Assembly (NCBI GenBank): GCA_945862465.1
Contig: CAMAYO010000003.1
Coordinates: forward strand, 92-64,091
Direction of reading: 5' to 3'
DNA length: 64,000 nt
From: Pseudorhodobacter antarcticus
Lineage (GTDB): Bacteria > Pseudomonadota > Alphaproteobacteria > Rhodobacterales > Rhodobacteraceae
Position 1 is the first letter of the stretch; each line of letters opens with the position of its first letter. The translations under genes were made by a program, and so were the position numbers. Positions 20,320 to 29,958 of this stretch are shown in pieces. The notes under the pieces are model-generated. The model was not told where the DNA came from. It was given only the letters and a program-made list of their open reading frames with translations, and searched no databases.

Positions 20320-21516
20320 ATGCTATCTGGCAAACGCGTTCTTCTGATCATCGGCGGCGGAATTGCGGCCTATAAATCCCTATCCCTGATCCGCCTTCTG
20401 CGCGGGCAGGGCTGCGCCGTCACACCCGTCTTGACCCAAGCCGGCGCGCAGTTTGTCACCCCTCTGTCAGTTTCCGCTCTCGCTGGTCAAAAGGTGCATT
20501 CTGCCCTGTTTGATCTGACCGACGAATCCGAGATGGGCCATATCGAACTGTCGCGCAGCGCCGATCTGATTGTGGTGGCCCCTGCGACCGCCGATCTGAT
20601 GGCCAAGATGGCCACCGGACGGGCCGAAGACTTGGCATCGACCCTGCTTTTGGCGACCGACACCCCCGTTCTTTTGGCCCCCGCCATGAACGTGCGGATG
20701 TGGGAGCACCCCGCCACCCAACGTAATCTGGCAGTGCTGCGCGGCGATGGCATCCGCTTTGTTGGGCCGGACGAGGGCGAAATGGCTTGCGGCGAATACG
20801 GCGCCGGCCGCATGGCCGAGCCAGAGGCGATCTTGGCCGCCATTCGTGCGATGCTGGTTCAAGGCCCGCTGGCAGGGCAGCATATCATCGTCACCTCTGG
20901 CCCCACGCAGGAGCCGATTGACCCCGTGCGTTATATCTCTAACCGCTCCTCTGGCGCGCAGGGGGCGGCGATTGCGGCGGCGCTGCGCGATTTGGGCGCT
21001 TCGGTGACGTTTGTCACAGGGCCTGCCGCCGTGCCCGCGCCAGACGGCGTGCGCGTGGTGGCGGTGGAAACCGCGCAAGAAATGCTTGCAGCGGTTGAAG
21101 CCGCTTTGCCCGCAAGTGCCGCTGTTTTTGCGGCGGCTGTGGCGGATTGGCGGGTGCTGAATGCCGCGTCCTCTAAGGTCAAGAAAGACGGCACGGGCCA
21201 AGCGCCTGCGCTGCAGTTCGTTGAAAACCCCGACATTCTGGCCACGATCTGTCGTGGCGACGCGCGACCAAAATTGGTCGTGGGCTTTGCCGCTGAAACC
21301 GATGATGTGTTGGGCCATGCCCGCGCCAAGCGGCTGCGCAAGGGCTGCGACTGGATTGTGGCCAACGATGTCTCTCCCCATACCGGCATCATGGGCGGGG
21401 TGGAAAACAGTGTCACGGTGATCAGTGCTGAGGGTGAGGAAACTTGGCCCCGCATGGCCAAAGACGCCGTTGCCGCCAAACTTGCGGCCCGTATTGCGCA
21501 GGCTTTGCATGACTGA
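20320..21516 (+). CDS. coaBC: Phosphopantothenoylcysteine decarboxylase/synthetase
   Basis: [48 protein letters not shown]. Confidence 0.97.
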   Translation: MLSGKRVLLIIGGGIAAYKSLSLIRLLRGQGCAVTPVLTQAGAQFVTPLSVSALAGQKVHSALFDLTDESEMGHIELSRSADLIVVAPATADLMAKMATGRAEDLASTLLLATDTPVLLAPAMNVRMWEHPATQRNLAVLRGDGIRFVGPDEGEMACGEYGAGRMAEPEAILAAIRAMLVQGPLAGQHIIVTSGPTQEPIDPVRYISNRSSGAQGAAIAAALRDLGASVTFVTGPAAVPAPDGVRVVAVETAQEMLAAVEAALPASAAVFAAAVADWRVLNAASSKVKKDGTGQAPALQFVENPDILATICRGDARPKLVVGFAAETDDVLGHARAKRLRKGCDWIVANDVSPHTGIMGGVENSVTVISAEGEETWPRMAKDAVAAKLAARIAQALHD

Positions 21517-21982
21517 AGCGCCGCTGATCCAGATCGTTTGGGAGGATTGGGCCGACCAATCCCTACCCCTTCCCGCCTATGAAACGGCGGGTGCTGCGGG
21601 GGCTGACCTGCGCGTCAACTTGCGGCCAGAAGACCGCGCCGATGGCCTTGTGTTGGCCCCCATGGCGCGGGCGATTTTGCCCACTGGCCTGCGCATCGAA
21701 ATTCCTGCGGGCTACGAGGTGCAAATCCGCCCCCGCTCTGGCCTTGCTGCCAAGTTTGGCCTGACCATCCCGAATGCCCCCGGCACGATCGACAGCGATT
21801 ATCGCGGGCCTTTGGGGGTGATTATGGCCAACCTTGGCGCAGACCCCTACACCATCCGGCACGGCGACCGGATCGCACAAATGGTGGTGGCCCCCGTGGT
21901 GCAAGCCCGCTTTGCCTTGGTGAATGCGCTGGGCGAGACGGCGCGCGGCACGGGTGGCTTTGGCTCGACAGGGCGCGGATGA
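21509..21982 (+). CDS. dut: dUTP diphosphatase
   Basis: [34 protein letters not shown]. Confidence 0.97.
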   Translation: MTEAPLIQIVWEDWADQSLPLPAYETAGAAGADLRVNLRPEDRADGLVLAPMARAILPTGLRIEIPAGYEVQIRPRSGLAAKFGLTIPNAPGTIDSDYRGPLGVIMANLGADPYTIRHGDRIAQMVVAPVVQARFALVNALGETARGTGGFGSTGRG

Positions 21983-23013
21983 TCGGGGTTTTACTCTTGC
22001 TGGCGGGGCTATGGGCCTTGGGGGCTGCCTTTGGCACACCGCGCCCGTCGCGCCTGATTGCTATGGCGGCAGTTTGGGCTTTGGCGGGCGTGGGTTTGGC
22101 CGCACTGCCTGCAGGCCAAACTCTGCGACGCATTCTGGGCGATGATTTGCGGGTTTGGGCGGCAGTGACGATTCTAGCCGTTTTGGGCCTTGGCTATGCT
22201 TGGCTGCTGACCCGTCTAAAGGCGCGGGCTATGACCGATCAGCCCAAGACAGCCCCCAGCGCCTTTACGCCTGCCGAACTTGACCGCTACGCCCGCCACA
22301 TCCTGCTGCGCGAAATCGGCGGGCCGGGGCAAAAGGCGCTGAAGAACGCGCGGGTTTTGGTGATTGGGGCGGGGGGGCTTGGCTCTCCGGCTCTGTTGTA
22401 TCTGGCGGCGGCGGGGGTGGGGTGCATCGGGATTATGGACGCCGATGTGGTCGATGCCAGCAATTTGCAGCGCCAGATTATTCATAAAGACAAGGGCATT
22501 GGCCTTGCCAAAGTGCAATCGGCGCGCGAGGCGATTTTGGCGCTGAACCCCTATGTCACCGTGCGCCCCTATCAGCGCCGGTTTGATGCCGACACGGCTT
22601 CCGTTCTGCAAGACTATGATCTGGTGCTGGATGGGTCGGATAACTTTGACACGCGCTATCTGGTCAACAAGATGGCCGCACAGGCGGGCATTCCCGTGAT
22701 TTCCGCTGCGATCACCCAGTGGGAGGGGCAGATTTCGCTGTATGACCCCGCCCACGGAACGCCCTGCTACGAATGCATCTTCCCCGACCGCCCTGCGCCC
22801 GGCCTAGTGCCCACCTGTGCCGAAGCGGGGGTGGCCGCCCCCTTGCCCGGCGTGATCGGCGCAATGATGGCGATGGAGGCCGTGAAGCACATCACCCAAG
22901 CGGGCCTAACCCTGCGCGGGCGCTTGTTGATCCATGATGCGCTTTATGCCGAAACGCGGGTGATCGAGATCACCCGACGTTCAGATTGCCCTGTGTGCGG
23001 CATGGCGCATTAA
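21979..23013 (+). CDS. HesA/MoeB/ThiF adenylyltransferase with N-terminal membrane segments
   Basis: [33 protein letters not shown] and CPVC Zn motifs; about three hydrophobic helices at the N-terminus. Confidence 0.9.
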   Translation: MIGVLLLLAGLWALGAAFGTPRPSRLIAMAAVWALAGVGLAALPAGQTLRRILGDDLRVWAAVTILAVLGLGYAWLLTRLKARAMTDQPKTAPSAFTPAELDRYARHILLREIGGPGQKALKNARVLVIGAGGLGSPALLYLAAAGVGCIGIMDADVVDASNLQRQIIHKDKGIGLAKVQSAREAILALNPYVTVRPYQRRFDADTASVLQDYDLVLDGSDNFDTRYLVNKMAAQAGIPVISAAITQWEGQISLYDPAHGTPCYECIFPDRPAPGLVPTCAEAGVAAPLPGVIGAMMAMEAVKHITQAGLTLRGRLLIHDALYAETRVIEITRRSDCPVCGMAH

Positions 23014-23017
23014 GCCC

Positions 23018-23812
23018 TTAGCCGAACTTGTAACTGGACGCCGTCACCCCGCCAAAGACATTGGCGTCGTGATAAACCAACTTGGCCGTGTCATCCTCTG
23101 CCGCGCCCAAGGCGGCAAACAGGGGCACAAGGTGGTCTTCTTGCGCGTGGCAGGTGCGGGCATAGGGCGCGCTTTCCCAATCAAGCAGCGCTTGGGTGCG
23201 CGCCTTGCCTGTTTTGGCCATCGTATCGGCCAACCAAGCGTCAAACGCGGCAGAGGGCGCCTTGGCCCCCGGCCCGAACAGGCGCAGGTTGTGATAGCTT
23301 AGGCCCGACCCCACGATCAACACGCCCTCATCGCGCAAGGGTGCCAAGGCACGGCCTAGCGCGAAATGGGCGGCGGGGTTGTAGCCGTGCTGCAGCGAGA
23401 CTTGGTAAATTGGCACCTCGGCCTTGGGATACATGACATAGGCGGGGGCAAAGGTGCCGTGGTCAAAGCCGCGTTTGGCATCCAAAGCGACCGGCAGGCC
23501 CGCCGCTTTGATAAGCTCCGCCGTGCGCTGGGCAATCTGCGGCGCGCCGGGGGCGGGGTAGATTATCTTATAGGTTTCAGGCGGAAAGCCACCGTAATCA
23601 TAGACCATGCCGGGGGTGGGGGCGGTCATCACGGTGAAACTGTCCTCCTCCCAATGGCCAGACACCATGCAGATGGCCTTGGGCACTTCGCCAATCTCAG
23701 CGGGCATCCGTGCGAGCGAAACTTCAAGGCTGGCCAGCATCTGGCGCATATTGGGCAGCCAAGGCCAAGGCCCGCCGCCGTGCGAGATAAAATAGGTGGG
23801 AAGTCGGGCCAT
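23018..23812 (-). CDS. DODA/YgiD-type extradiol ring-cleavage dioxygenase
   Basis: FISHGGGP, SGHWE, YDYGGFP, RGFDHG, GSGLSYHNL, EDHLVPL. Confidence 0.9.
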   Translation of the reverse strand: MARLPTYFISHGGGPWPWLPNMRQMLASLEVSLARMPAEIGEVPKAICMVSGHWEEDSFTVMTAPTPGMVYDYGGFPPETYKIIYPAPGAPQIAQRTAELIKAAGLPVALDAKRGFDHGTFAPAYVMYPKAEVPIYQVSLQHGYNPAAHFALGRALAPLRDEGVLIVGSGLSYHNLRLFGPGAKAPSAAFDAWLADTMAKTGKARTQALLDWESAPYARTCHAQEDHLVPLFAALGAAEDDTAKLVYHDANVFGGVTASSYKFG

Positions 23813-23837
23813 GGGGCCTCCTTTCAAACTGTTCAAT

Positions 23838-23866
23838 AAATGGCCCTGCGCATGGGCGCGCGCAAG
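23838..23866 (-). promoter_or_regulatory. Candidate RpoH-type promoter of the dioxygenase
   Basis: CTTG-N18-GCCATTT about 25 nt upstream of the start. Confidence 0.3.
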
Positions 23867-23928
23867 GTGCTGGGGCGCAACCTATCTGTGCAATGATGGA
23901 GGGTATCGTGGTTCGAAAGGCGGTCATC

Positions 23929-23957
23929 TTGACATCTTCTGCCCTTGCGCTTACTAA
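23929..23957 (+). promoter_or_regulatory. Putative sigma70 promoter of the small ORF
   Basis: TTGACA-N17-TACTAA with a perfect -35. Confidence 0.5.
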
Positions 23958-23992
23958 AGTGTACACTTTGGGGTAGCACGAAAGGGCAATCG

Positions 23993-24169
23993 ATGATGAT
24001 TCAAGTAGCAATTGTTGGGCCGGATAGTCAGCTTGTGGAGATGGTCGCAGAACTCCATGGTGAAGGAGACCTTGCTTTATTGGTGAAAAATGCGACTTTG
24101 GAGTATCGCAAAATGTACCCAGATGCGGTACCATTTGATTACACAATCAAAGTGTCTCGTGCCAGCTAG
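23993..24169 (+). CDS. Small hypothetical protein (58 aa) in a low-GC patch
   Basis: MMIQVAIVGPDSQ...YTIKVSRAS, GAAAGGG SD, upstream promoter, not overlapped by another gene. Confidence 0.6.
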   Translation: MMIQVAIVGPDSQLVEMVAELHGEGDLALLVKNATLEYRKMYPDAVPFDYTIKVSRAS

Positions 24170-24293
24170 GACTAGCAGATGCAGGCGTTCATCTGGCTTG
24201 TTGGATCGTGACGTCCTGCATCGACGAATGTTCTTAGGCTGAATAGTCAGCCATACGCTCCATTAAGGAGCGGTTGCTATGTGCTATTACATT

Positions 24294-24332
24294 CAACTGG
24301 CATGCCTTTGATCGCATGCCAGTTGTTTTTTT
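24294..24332 (+). terminator. Strong Rho-independent terminator
   Basis: Perfect 12-bp stem CAACTGGCATGC/GCATGCCAGTTG, 8-nt loop, then T7. Confidence 0.88.
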
Positions 24333-24464
24333 GATTGACCGACCTGCATCCCCTTGCGCCAGACTTTGCGGTGCAACCTGTCTGTGCAGCAGCGCTCAGG
24401 GGTTGCCCCCGCCCCTGCGATGCGGCCATAGTCGGCCATCGCTTCGTGACAGGGAGATCACAGA

Positions 24465-25250
24465 ATGAAATTAGCACCCCTTTTGGCTGGCCTTGCGCTT
24501 GCCTCTTTCGCCACCGTGGCTTTGGCTGACGGCTTGCCCGATATGGCGGGTAAGGAAATTACCATCGTCACCGAAAACGCCTATCCGCCGCTGCAGTTCT
24601 TGGACAAAGACGGCGCTGCCATCGGCTGGGAATATGACGCCATCGCTGAAATTGCCAAGCGTTTGAACATGACCGTGAAATACGAGACCATTTCATGGGA
24701 TGCGATGATCCCTGCCGTGTCGGAAGGCCAGTTTGACATGGGCATGACAGGCATCACGATGACAGATGAACGCAAAGCCATGGTCGACTTTTCGGATGCC
24801 TATATGCGCTCGCAAAGCGTGATGATGGCGCGTTCGGATGACAGCCGCTTTACCGATGCCAAATCCTTTGGCGCTGACGAGGCGCTGCGGATCGGCGCGC
24901 AGGCGGGCACCACGCCGTTCTATACAGCGGTGTATGAGGTGCTAGACGGCAACGAATCCAACCCGCGCATCAAGCTGTTTGAAACCTTTGGCACCAGTGT
25001 TGAAGCGCTGAAGGCGGGCGATGTCGACACGGTTTTGACCGATATGACGGCAGGGCAGGGCTATGTCGCTGCATCCGAAGGCAAGCTGAAGCTGGTGGGA
25101 GAGCCTTTGGGCACCGAAGATTTCGGCTTTATCTTCCCCAAAGGGTCGGAATTGGCAGCCCCCATGAATGCCGCGATTGCGGCGCTTAAGGCGGACGGCA
25201 CTTTGGACGCCCTGAACAAGAAGTGGTTTCTTGACTACAAGATGAACTGA
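24465..25250 (+). CDS. Polar amino-acid ABC transporter substrate-binding protein
   Basis: Signal peptide, [40 protein letters not shown]. Confidence 0.92.
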   Translation: MKLAPLLAGLALASFATVALADGLPDMAGKEITIVTENAYPPLQFLDKDGAAIGWEYDAIAEIAKRLNMTVKYETISWDAMIPAVSEGQFDMGMTGITMTDERKAMVDFSDAYMRSQSVMMARSDDSRFTDAKSFGADEALRIGAQAGTTPFYTAVYEVLDGNESNPRIKLFETFGTSVEALKAGDVDTVLTDMTAGQGYVAASEGKLKLVGEPLGTEDFGFIFPKGSELAAPMNAAIAALKADGTLDALNKKWFLDYKMN

Positions 25251-25251
25251 T

Positions 25252-26040
25252 TTGCGCGAGACGAAAGACGCAGACTTTCCTTGGTGGCTGGTGATCCTTG
25301 GGGTCACCGGCCTGTGGTTGGGATATGAGGTTTGGGCCTCGTCCATCTACAGCCAAGTGATGGGAACTTTGGTCAAAGGCATTCAGGTGACGGTGGCGGT
25401 CACGCTGGTGGCCTATGTATCGGCCTGCGCCTTGGGCTTGGGTTTGGCGGTGGCGGGGCTGTCGCGCTATGTGCTGCTGCGGCAAGCGGCGCGGGTTTGG
25501 ATCGAGGTGATCCGTGGCGTGCCGATTATGGTGCTGCTGCTTTATGTGGCCTTTGTGATTTCTCCCGCCCTGGTCTTTGCATGGAATTGGGTCGCAAGCT
25601 GGCTGGGTGCCAGCCCCATCACATCGCGCGATTTCCCCTTGATCGCCCGCGCTGTGCTGGCACTGACCTTGGCCTATTCGGCCTTTCTGGCCGAGATTTT
25701 TCGCGCAGGTCTTCAAGCGGTCGACAAGGGCCAGATCGAAGCTGCCATGTCGCTGGGACTGACGGGTTGGCAAAGATTTCGCCACATCGTCTTTCCCCAA
25801 GCGTTTCGCACGATCTTGCCGCCCTTGGGCAATGATTTTGTGGCGATGGTGAAAGATTCCTCTCTGGTGTCGATCTTGGGGGTCGCGGACATCACCCAAC
25901 TGGGCAAGGTGCAGGCGGCGGGGAACTTTCGCTATTTTGAAACCTATAACATGGTGGCGCTGCTTTACCTTGTCATGACGATCGGCCTAAGCCTTGGCTT
26001 GCGCCGGATCGAGGCGCGGTTGAAGATGCACACCAAATAG
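25252..26040 (+). CDS. Polar amino-acid ABC transporter permease
   Basis: IRGVP, AEIFRAGLQAVDKGQ.EAA.SLG (EAA loop), VKDSSL. TTG start. Confidence 0.92.
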   Translation: MRETKDADFPWWLVILGVTGLWLGYEVWASSIYSQVMGTLVKGIQVTVAVTLVAYVSACALGLGLAVAGLSRYVLLRQAARVWIEVIRGVPIMVLLLYVAFVISPALVFAWNWVASWLGASPITSRDFPLIARAVLALTLAYSAFLAEIFRAGLQAVDKGQIEAAMSLGLTGWQRFRHIVFPQAFRTILPPLGNDFVAMVKDSSLVSILGVADITQLGKVQAAGNFRYFETYNMVALLYLVMTIGLSLGLRRIEARLKMHTK

Positions 26041-26085
26041 GGGGCCAGCCCCCTAACCCCCGGGATATTTGAACACGAATGAAAG
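26040..26085. repeat. Short interspersed repeat, family B copy 1
   Basis: GGGGGC-CA-GCCCCC hairpin followed by GGGATATTT...ATGAAAG. The core is shared with the reverse complement of 42350-42386. Confidence 0.55.
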
Positions 26086-26093
26086 ATAAGCAG

Positions 26094-28112
26094 ATGGGCA
26101 ATCCGTTGTTGGGCGTTTGGAACACCGCATTTGGTTTGCCGCCCTTTGGGCAGATCAAAGACAGCGATTTCGCGCCAGCCTTCGAGGTGGCCTTGACCCA
26201 AGCGCGGGCACGGGTGGCCGAAATTGCAAGCGATCCGGCAACACCCACCTTCGCCAATGTGATCGAGGCGCTGGAGTTGAGCGAGGAGGCGTTGAGCCAA
26301 GTCAGTGGGGTGTTTTACAACCTGACTGGTGCCGATAGCACGCCCGCGCGCGAAGCGTTGCAAAGCGAGATGGCGCCGAAACTCTCGGCCTATGCCTCGG
26401 AGATCACCAACAACCGCGCTTTGTTTGGTCGGATTGAGGCGCTGTGGCAAGCGCGCGATACCTTGGGCCTTACGCCAGAGCAGGCGCGGGTGTTGGAGTT
26501 GTATCGGCGGATGTTCGTGCGCTCGGGCGCTTTGCTGAAAGGTGCGGGGGCTGCGCGGCTTACGGATGTGAAATCACGCCTTGCTGTCTTGGGCACGCAG
26601 TTCAGCCAGAACCTGCTGGCGGATGAGCGGTCATGGGTCATGCCTTTGGCCGAAGGCGATGTGGCGGGATTGCCCGATTTTGTGCTGGCGGCGGCGCGGG
26701 CGGCGGGTGAAGAAAAGGGCGCGGGCGGGCCGGTGGTGACGCTGTCACGGTCCATCATCGTGCCCTTCTTGCAATTCTCGCCCCGCCGCGATCTGCGGCA
26801 AAAGGCTTACGAGGCTTGGGTGCAGCGCGGAGCAAACGGCGGCGACACTGACAACCGCGCCATCGTGGCTGAAACCCTGCGCTTGCGGGAAGAGCGCGCC
26901 AAGCTTTTGGGCTATGCCAGTTTTGCCGATTACAAGCTGGAGCCTGAAATGGCCAAAACTCCCGCCCGAGTGCGCGACCTTTTGCTGCGCGTGTGGGAGC
27001 CTGCCAAGCGCAAAGCCTTGGGCGATAGTGCTGTGCTGGAAGCCATGCTGCACGTAGACGGCATCGCAGGCCCGCTGGAACCGTGGGATTGGCGCTATTA
27101 TTCCGAAAAACGCCGCTTGGCCGAGCATGACTTGGACGAGGCGGTGCTGAAGCCATACCTTGGGCTAGAGGCGATGTTGGGCGCGATGTTTGATTGCGCC
27201 ACGCGCCTGTTCGGGCTGGAATTCGCGCCCTTGGATGTGCCGCTTTACCACCCCGACTGCCGGGCTTGGGAAGTGCGGCGGGGCGGCCAGCATATCGCGG
27301 TTTTCATCGGCGACTACTACGCGCGGGGATCGAAACGCTCGGGCGCTTGGTGTTCCGACATCCGCCCGCAGCGCCGTTTGGGCGGCGATCAGCGGCCTGT
27401 CGTGGTGAATGTGTGCAACTTTGCCAAGGGTGATCCGTGCCTGCTGTCGTATGACGATGCGCGCACGCTCTTTCACGAATTCGGCCATGCTTTGCATCAG
27501 ATGCTGTCGAATGTGACTTACGGCTTTATCTCTGGCACCAGCGTGGCGCGTGATTTTGTCGAACTGCCCAGTCAGTTGTACGAACACTGGCTTGAAGTGC
27601 CCGAGGTGCTGGAAAAGCACGCGCGACATTACCAAACCGGCGAAGCGATGCCCGCCGATATGCTGCACCGCCTGCTTGCGGCTGGAACCTATGATCAGGG
27701 CTTTGCCACGGTGGAGTTTGTGTCTTCGGCCATGGTTGACCTTGCCTTCCACGAAGGCACCGCCCCCGCCGACCCGATGCAAAAACAGGCCGAGGTTTTG
27801 GAAGGCCTTGGCATGCCCCGCGCCATTCGGATGCGCCATGCCACGCCCCATTTTGCCCATGCAATGTCGGGCGACGGCTACAGCTCGGGCTATTATAGCT
27901 ATATGTGGTCGGAAGTGATGGATGCCGACGCCTTTGCCGCTTTTGAAGAAACCGGCGATCCATTTGACCCTGCAACCGCCGCGCGGCTTGAAAAGTTCAT
28001 CCTTTCGGCAGGCGGGTCGGAAGAGGCCGAGGTGCTATACACACGTTTTCGCGGCAAGATGCCGGGGGTCGAGCCGCTGCTGAAGGGTCGTGGTTTGCTG
28101 GAAGTGGTTTAA
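26094..28112 (+). CDS. dcp: M3-family metallopeptidase (peptidyl-dipeptidase Dcp-like)
   Basis: FHEFGHALH zinc motif, DFVELPSQLYEHW, GYYSYMWSEV. ATG 26094 is preferred because ATG 26079 lies inside the repeat. Confidence 0.92.
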   Translation: MGNPLLGVWNTAFGLPPFGQIKDSDFAPAFEVALTQARARVAEIASDPATPTFANVIEALELSEEALSQVSGVFYNLTGADSTPAREALQSEMAPKLSAYASEITNNRALFGRIEALWQARDTLGLTPEQARVLELYRRMFVRSGALLKGAGAARLTDVKSRLAVLGTQFSQNLLADERSWVMPLAEGDVAGLPDFVLAAARAAGEEKGAGGPVVTLSRSIIVPFLQFSPRRDLRQKAYEAWVQRGANGGDTDNRAIVAETLRLREERAKLLGYASFADYKLEPEMAKTPARVRDLLLRVWEPAKRKALGDSAVLEAMLHVDGIAGPLEPWDWRYYSEKRRLAEHDLDEAVLKPYLGLEAMLGAMFDCATRLFGLEFAPLDVPLYHPDCRAWEVRRGGQHIAVFIGDYYARGSKRSGAWCSDIRPQRRLGGDQRPVVVNVCNFAKGDPCLLSYDDARTLFHEFGHALHQMLSNVTYGFISGTSVARDFVELPSQLYEHWLEVPEVLEKHARHYQTGEAMPADMLHRLLAAGTYDQGFATVEFVSSAMVDLAFHEGTAPADPMQKQAEVLEGLGMPRAIRMRHATPHFAHAMSGDGYSSGYYSYMWSEVMDADAFAAFEETGDPFDPATAARLEKFILSAGGSEEAEVLYTRFRGKMPGVEPLLKGRGLLEVV

Positions 28113-28126
28113 GGCTGGTCATAAGC

Positions 28127-28147
28127 ACGGGCTGAGCCTGTCTTTTT
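28127..28147 (+). terminator. Possible weak terminator after dcp
   Basis: ACGGGC-TGA-GCCTGT followed by CTTTTT. Confidence 0.3.
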
Positions 28148-28205
28148 GTCGTTTGCGCAAAAGACCGCTGTAGCGCAAGTTCGCACGGGGCTTTGGGGGG
28201 CTGGC

Positions 28206-28949
28206 ATGAATATTAAAGGTTTGGCCGCTTTAGTCACGGGCGGCGGGTCGGGGTTGGGGCTGGCTACGGCGCAAGCCTTGGTGCGGGCGGGGGCCAAGGT
28301 GGCGGTGCTTGACCGCGATGTCGGCGGCTTTGACGGCTTGGGGTTTGTTTGCGATGTGACGAGCGAGGCTTCGGTTTCAGCGGCGATTGCGGGGGCAGAG
28401 GCCGCGCATGGGGTGGCGCGGATTGTCGTGAACTGCGCAGGCGTGCCCGGTGGGATGCGCCTTGTGGGGCGCGACGGGCCGGTGGACATGGCCCGCTTTG
28501 CCCAAGTGATCAATGTGAACCTTTTGGGCACGGTGTCGGTGATGACCAAGGCCGCAGCCCGCATGATGGCGGCGGATGTTTTGGGCGCGGATGGGGCGCG
28601 GGGGATTGTGATCAACACGGCGTCCATCACGGCCTATGAGGGGCAAGTGGGGCAGGGGGCCTATGTCGCATCTAAAGGCGCGATTGTGGCGCTGACGTTG
28701 CAAGCCGCACGCGAATTCGCCGCCAAAGGCGTGCGCGTTATGGCCATAGCCCCTGGCCTGTTTGCGACCCCCATGGCAAGCGAGGTTCCCCCCGAAGTGG
28801 TCGAGGCGATTACCAGCGACGCCATCTTTCCGCGCCGCTTTGGCCAGCCCGACGATTTCGCAAATATGGTCCTGGCGATCATTGCCAACCCGATGCTGAA
28901 CGGCGAAGTGATCCGCCTGGATGCGGGCGTGCGGTTGCGGGCACGCTAA
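28206..28949 (+). CDS. SDR, 3-hydroxyacyl-CoA dehydrogenase type II (HSD17B10-like)
   Basis: VTGGGSGLG, VNCAG, YVASKG, LNGEVIRLD. Confidence 0.85.
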   Translation: MNIKGLAALVTGGGSGLGLATAQALVRAGAKVAVLDRDVGGFDGLGFVCDVTSEASVSAAIAGAEAAHGVARIVVNCAGVPGGMRLVGRDGPVDMARFAQVINVNLLGTVSVMTKAAARMMAADVLGADGARGIVINTASITAYEGQVGQGAYVASKGAIVALTLQAAREFAAKGVRVMAIAPGLFATPMASEVPPEVVEAITSDAIFPRRFGQPDDFANMVLAIIANPMLNGEVIRLDAGVRLRAR

Positions 28950-29818
28950 GGGGCGATGGCCTGTTCCAAAAGCCAAGCGCGCAGAATGGCGGCATCGGGG
29001 TGGATGGGGCCTGTGTCGGGGGTGAGCAGGTGGAACGCCTCGGTCACGGGCACGGCCAAGCCAAAGGGGCGCACCAAACGGCCAGAGGCCAGTTCGTGCG
29101 CCGACATTGACGACCGCCCAAGAGCCACGCCGCCGCCATTGGCTGCCACTTCGAATGCCATCAAAGATGTGTCAAAATGCGCGCCTGATCCCGCATTCAC
29201 CTTGCTGGCCCCAGCCGCCGCAAGCCACGTGCCCCAGCCTTCTTTATAGCCCAAGACGTGCAACAGGCGTACTGAAGCCAAATCGTCGGGCGTCTTCAGT
29301 CGGGCGGCGATGGCGGGCAGGCACAAAGGCTCCATCACCTCCCAACTCAATTGGTCGGTGCGAAAGCCTGTCCAGCGGCCTGTGCCGTAGCGGATATCTA
29401 GGTCGTATTGGGTATCCTCCTCGCTCCAGACGGACGAGACGATGCGCAGGGGCACTTTGGGGTGGGCATCCAAAAAGCGTGGCAGGCGCGATGCAATCCA
29501 GTTCACCGCAAAGCCTATGGGCGCGCGCAGGGTCAGCACTTGGGTGCGGCGGTTGCCGAATACCTCTTGGGTGCCCGCCGTCAGCCGATCAAAGGCGTCT
29601 TGCACCTTGGGCAGATAGGCCGCGCCCACCTTGGTCAGCACAAGGCTGCGCGGGCGGCGTTCGAACAGGGGTTCGTGCAGGTGGTGTTCCAAGAGCTTGA
29701 CCTGCTTGGAAATCGCCGCCTGTGTCAGAAGCAATTCCTCTGCCGCTTGGGTGAACGACAGATGACGCGCGGCGGCTTCAAAGGCGCGCAGCCATGACAG
29801 GGGGGGCAGGTGTTGCAT
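28946..29818 (-). CDS. LysR-family regulator (GcvA-like)
   Basis: LPPLSWLRAFEAAARHLSFTQAAEEL..TQAAISKQVKLLE. Confidence 0.95.
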   Translation of the reverse strand: MQHLPPLSWLRAFEAAARHLSFTQAAEELLLTQAAISKQVKLLEHHLHEPLFERRPRSLVLTKVGAAYLPKVQDAFDRLTAGTQEVFGNRRTQVLTLRAPIGFAVNWIASRLPRFLDAHPKVPLRIVSSVWSEEDTQYDLDIRYGTGRWTGFRTDQLSWEVMEPLCLPAIAARLKTPDDLASVRLLHVLGYKEGWGTWLAAAGASKVNAGSGAHFDTSLMAFEVAANGGGVALGRSSMSAHELASGRLVRPFGLAVPVTEAFHLLTPDTGPIHPDAAILRAWLLEQAIAP

Positions 29819-29906
29819 AGCGGGCCTTGCGGTTGTTTGGGCGATGCTACCATGCGGGCAAGCCGAAGCCCGCCTGAAATCGTCCCCATGGGTCTGTTTT
29901 CGTCAT

Positions 29907-29921
29907 ATGGACGTTGGGCAT
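29907..29921. promoter_or_regulatory. Possible LysR box (ATG-N9-CAT, T-N11-A)
   Basis: ATGGACGTTGGGCAT in the divergent intergenic region. Short and could be chance. Confidence 0.25.
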
Positions 29922-29958
29922 GGCCCTGCTAAGGTGGGCGAAAATACGGGGGGACGCG

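Noticed and set aside
26079-26093. ATG 26079 as the dcp start
   Set aside because: It lies within the interspersed repeat core (ATGAAAG). ATG 26094 gives a more typical N-terminus.
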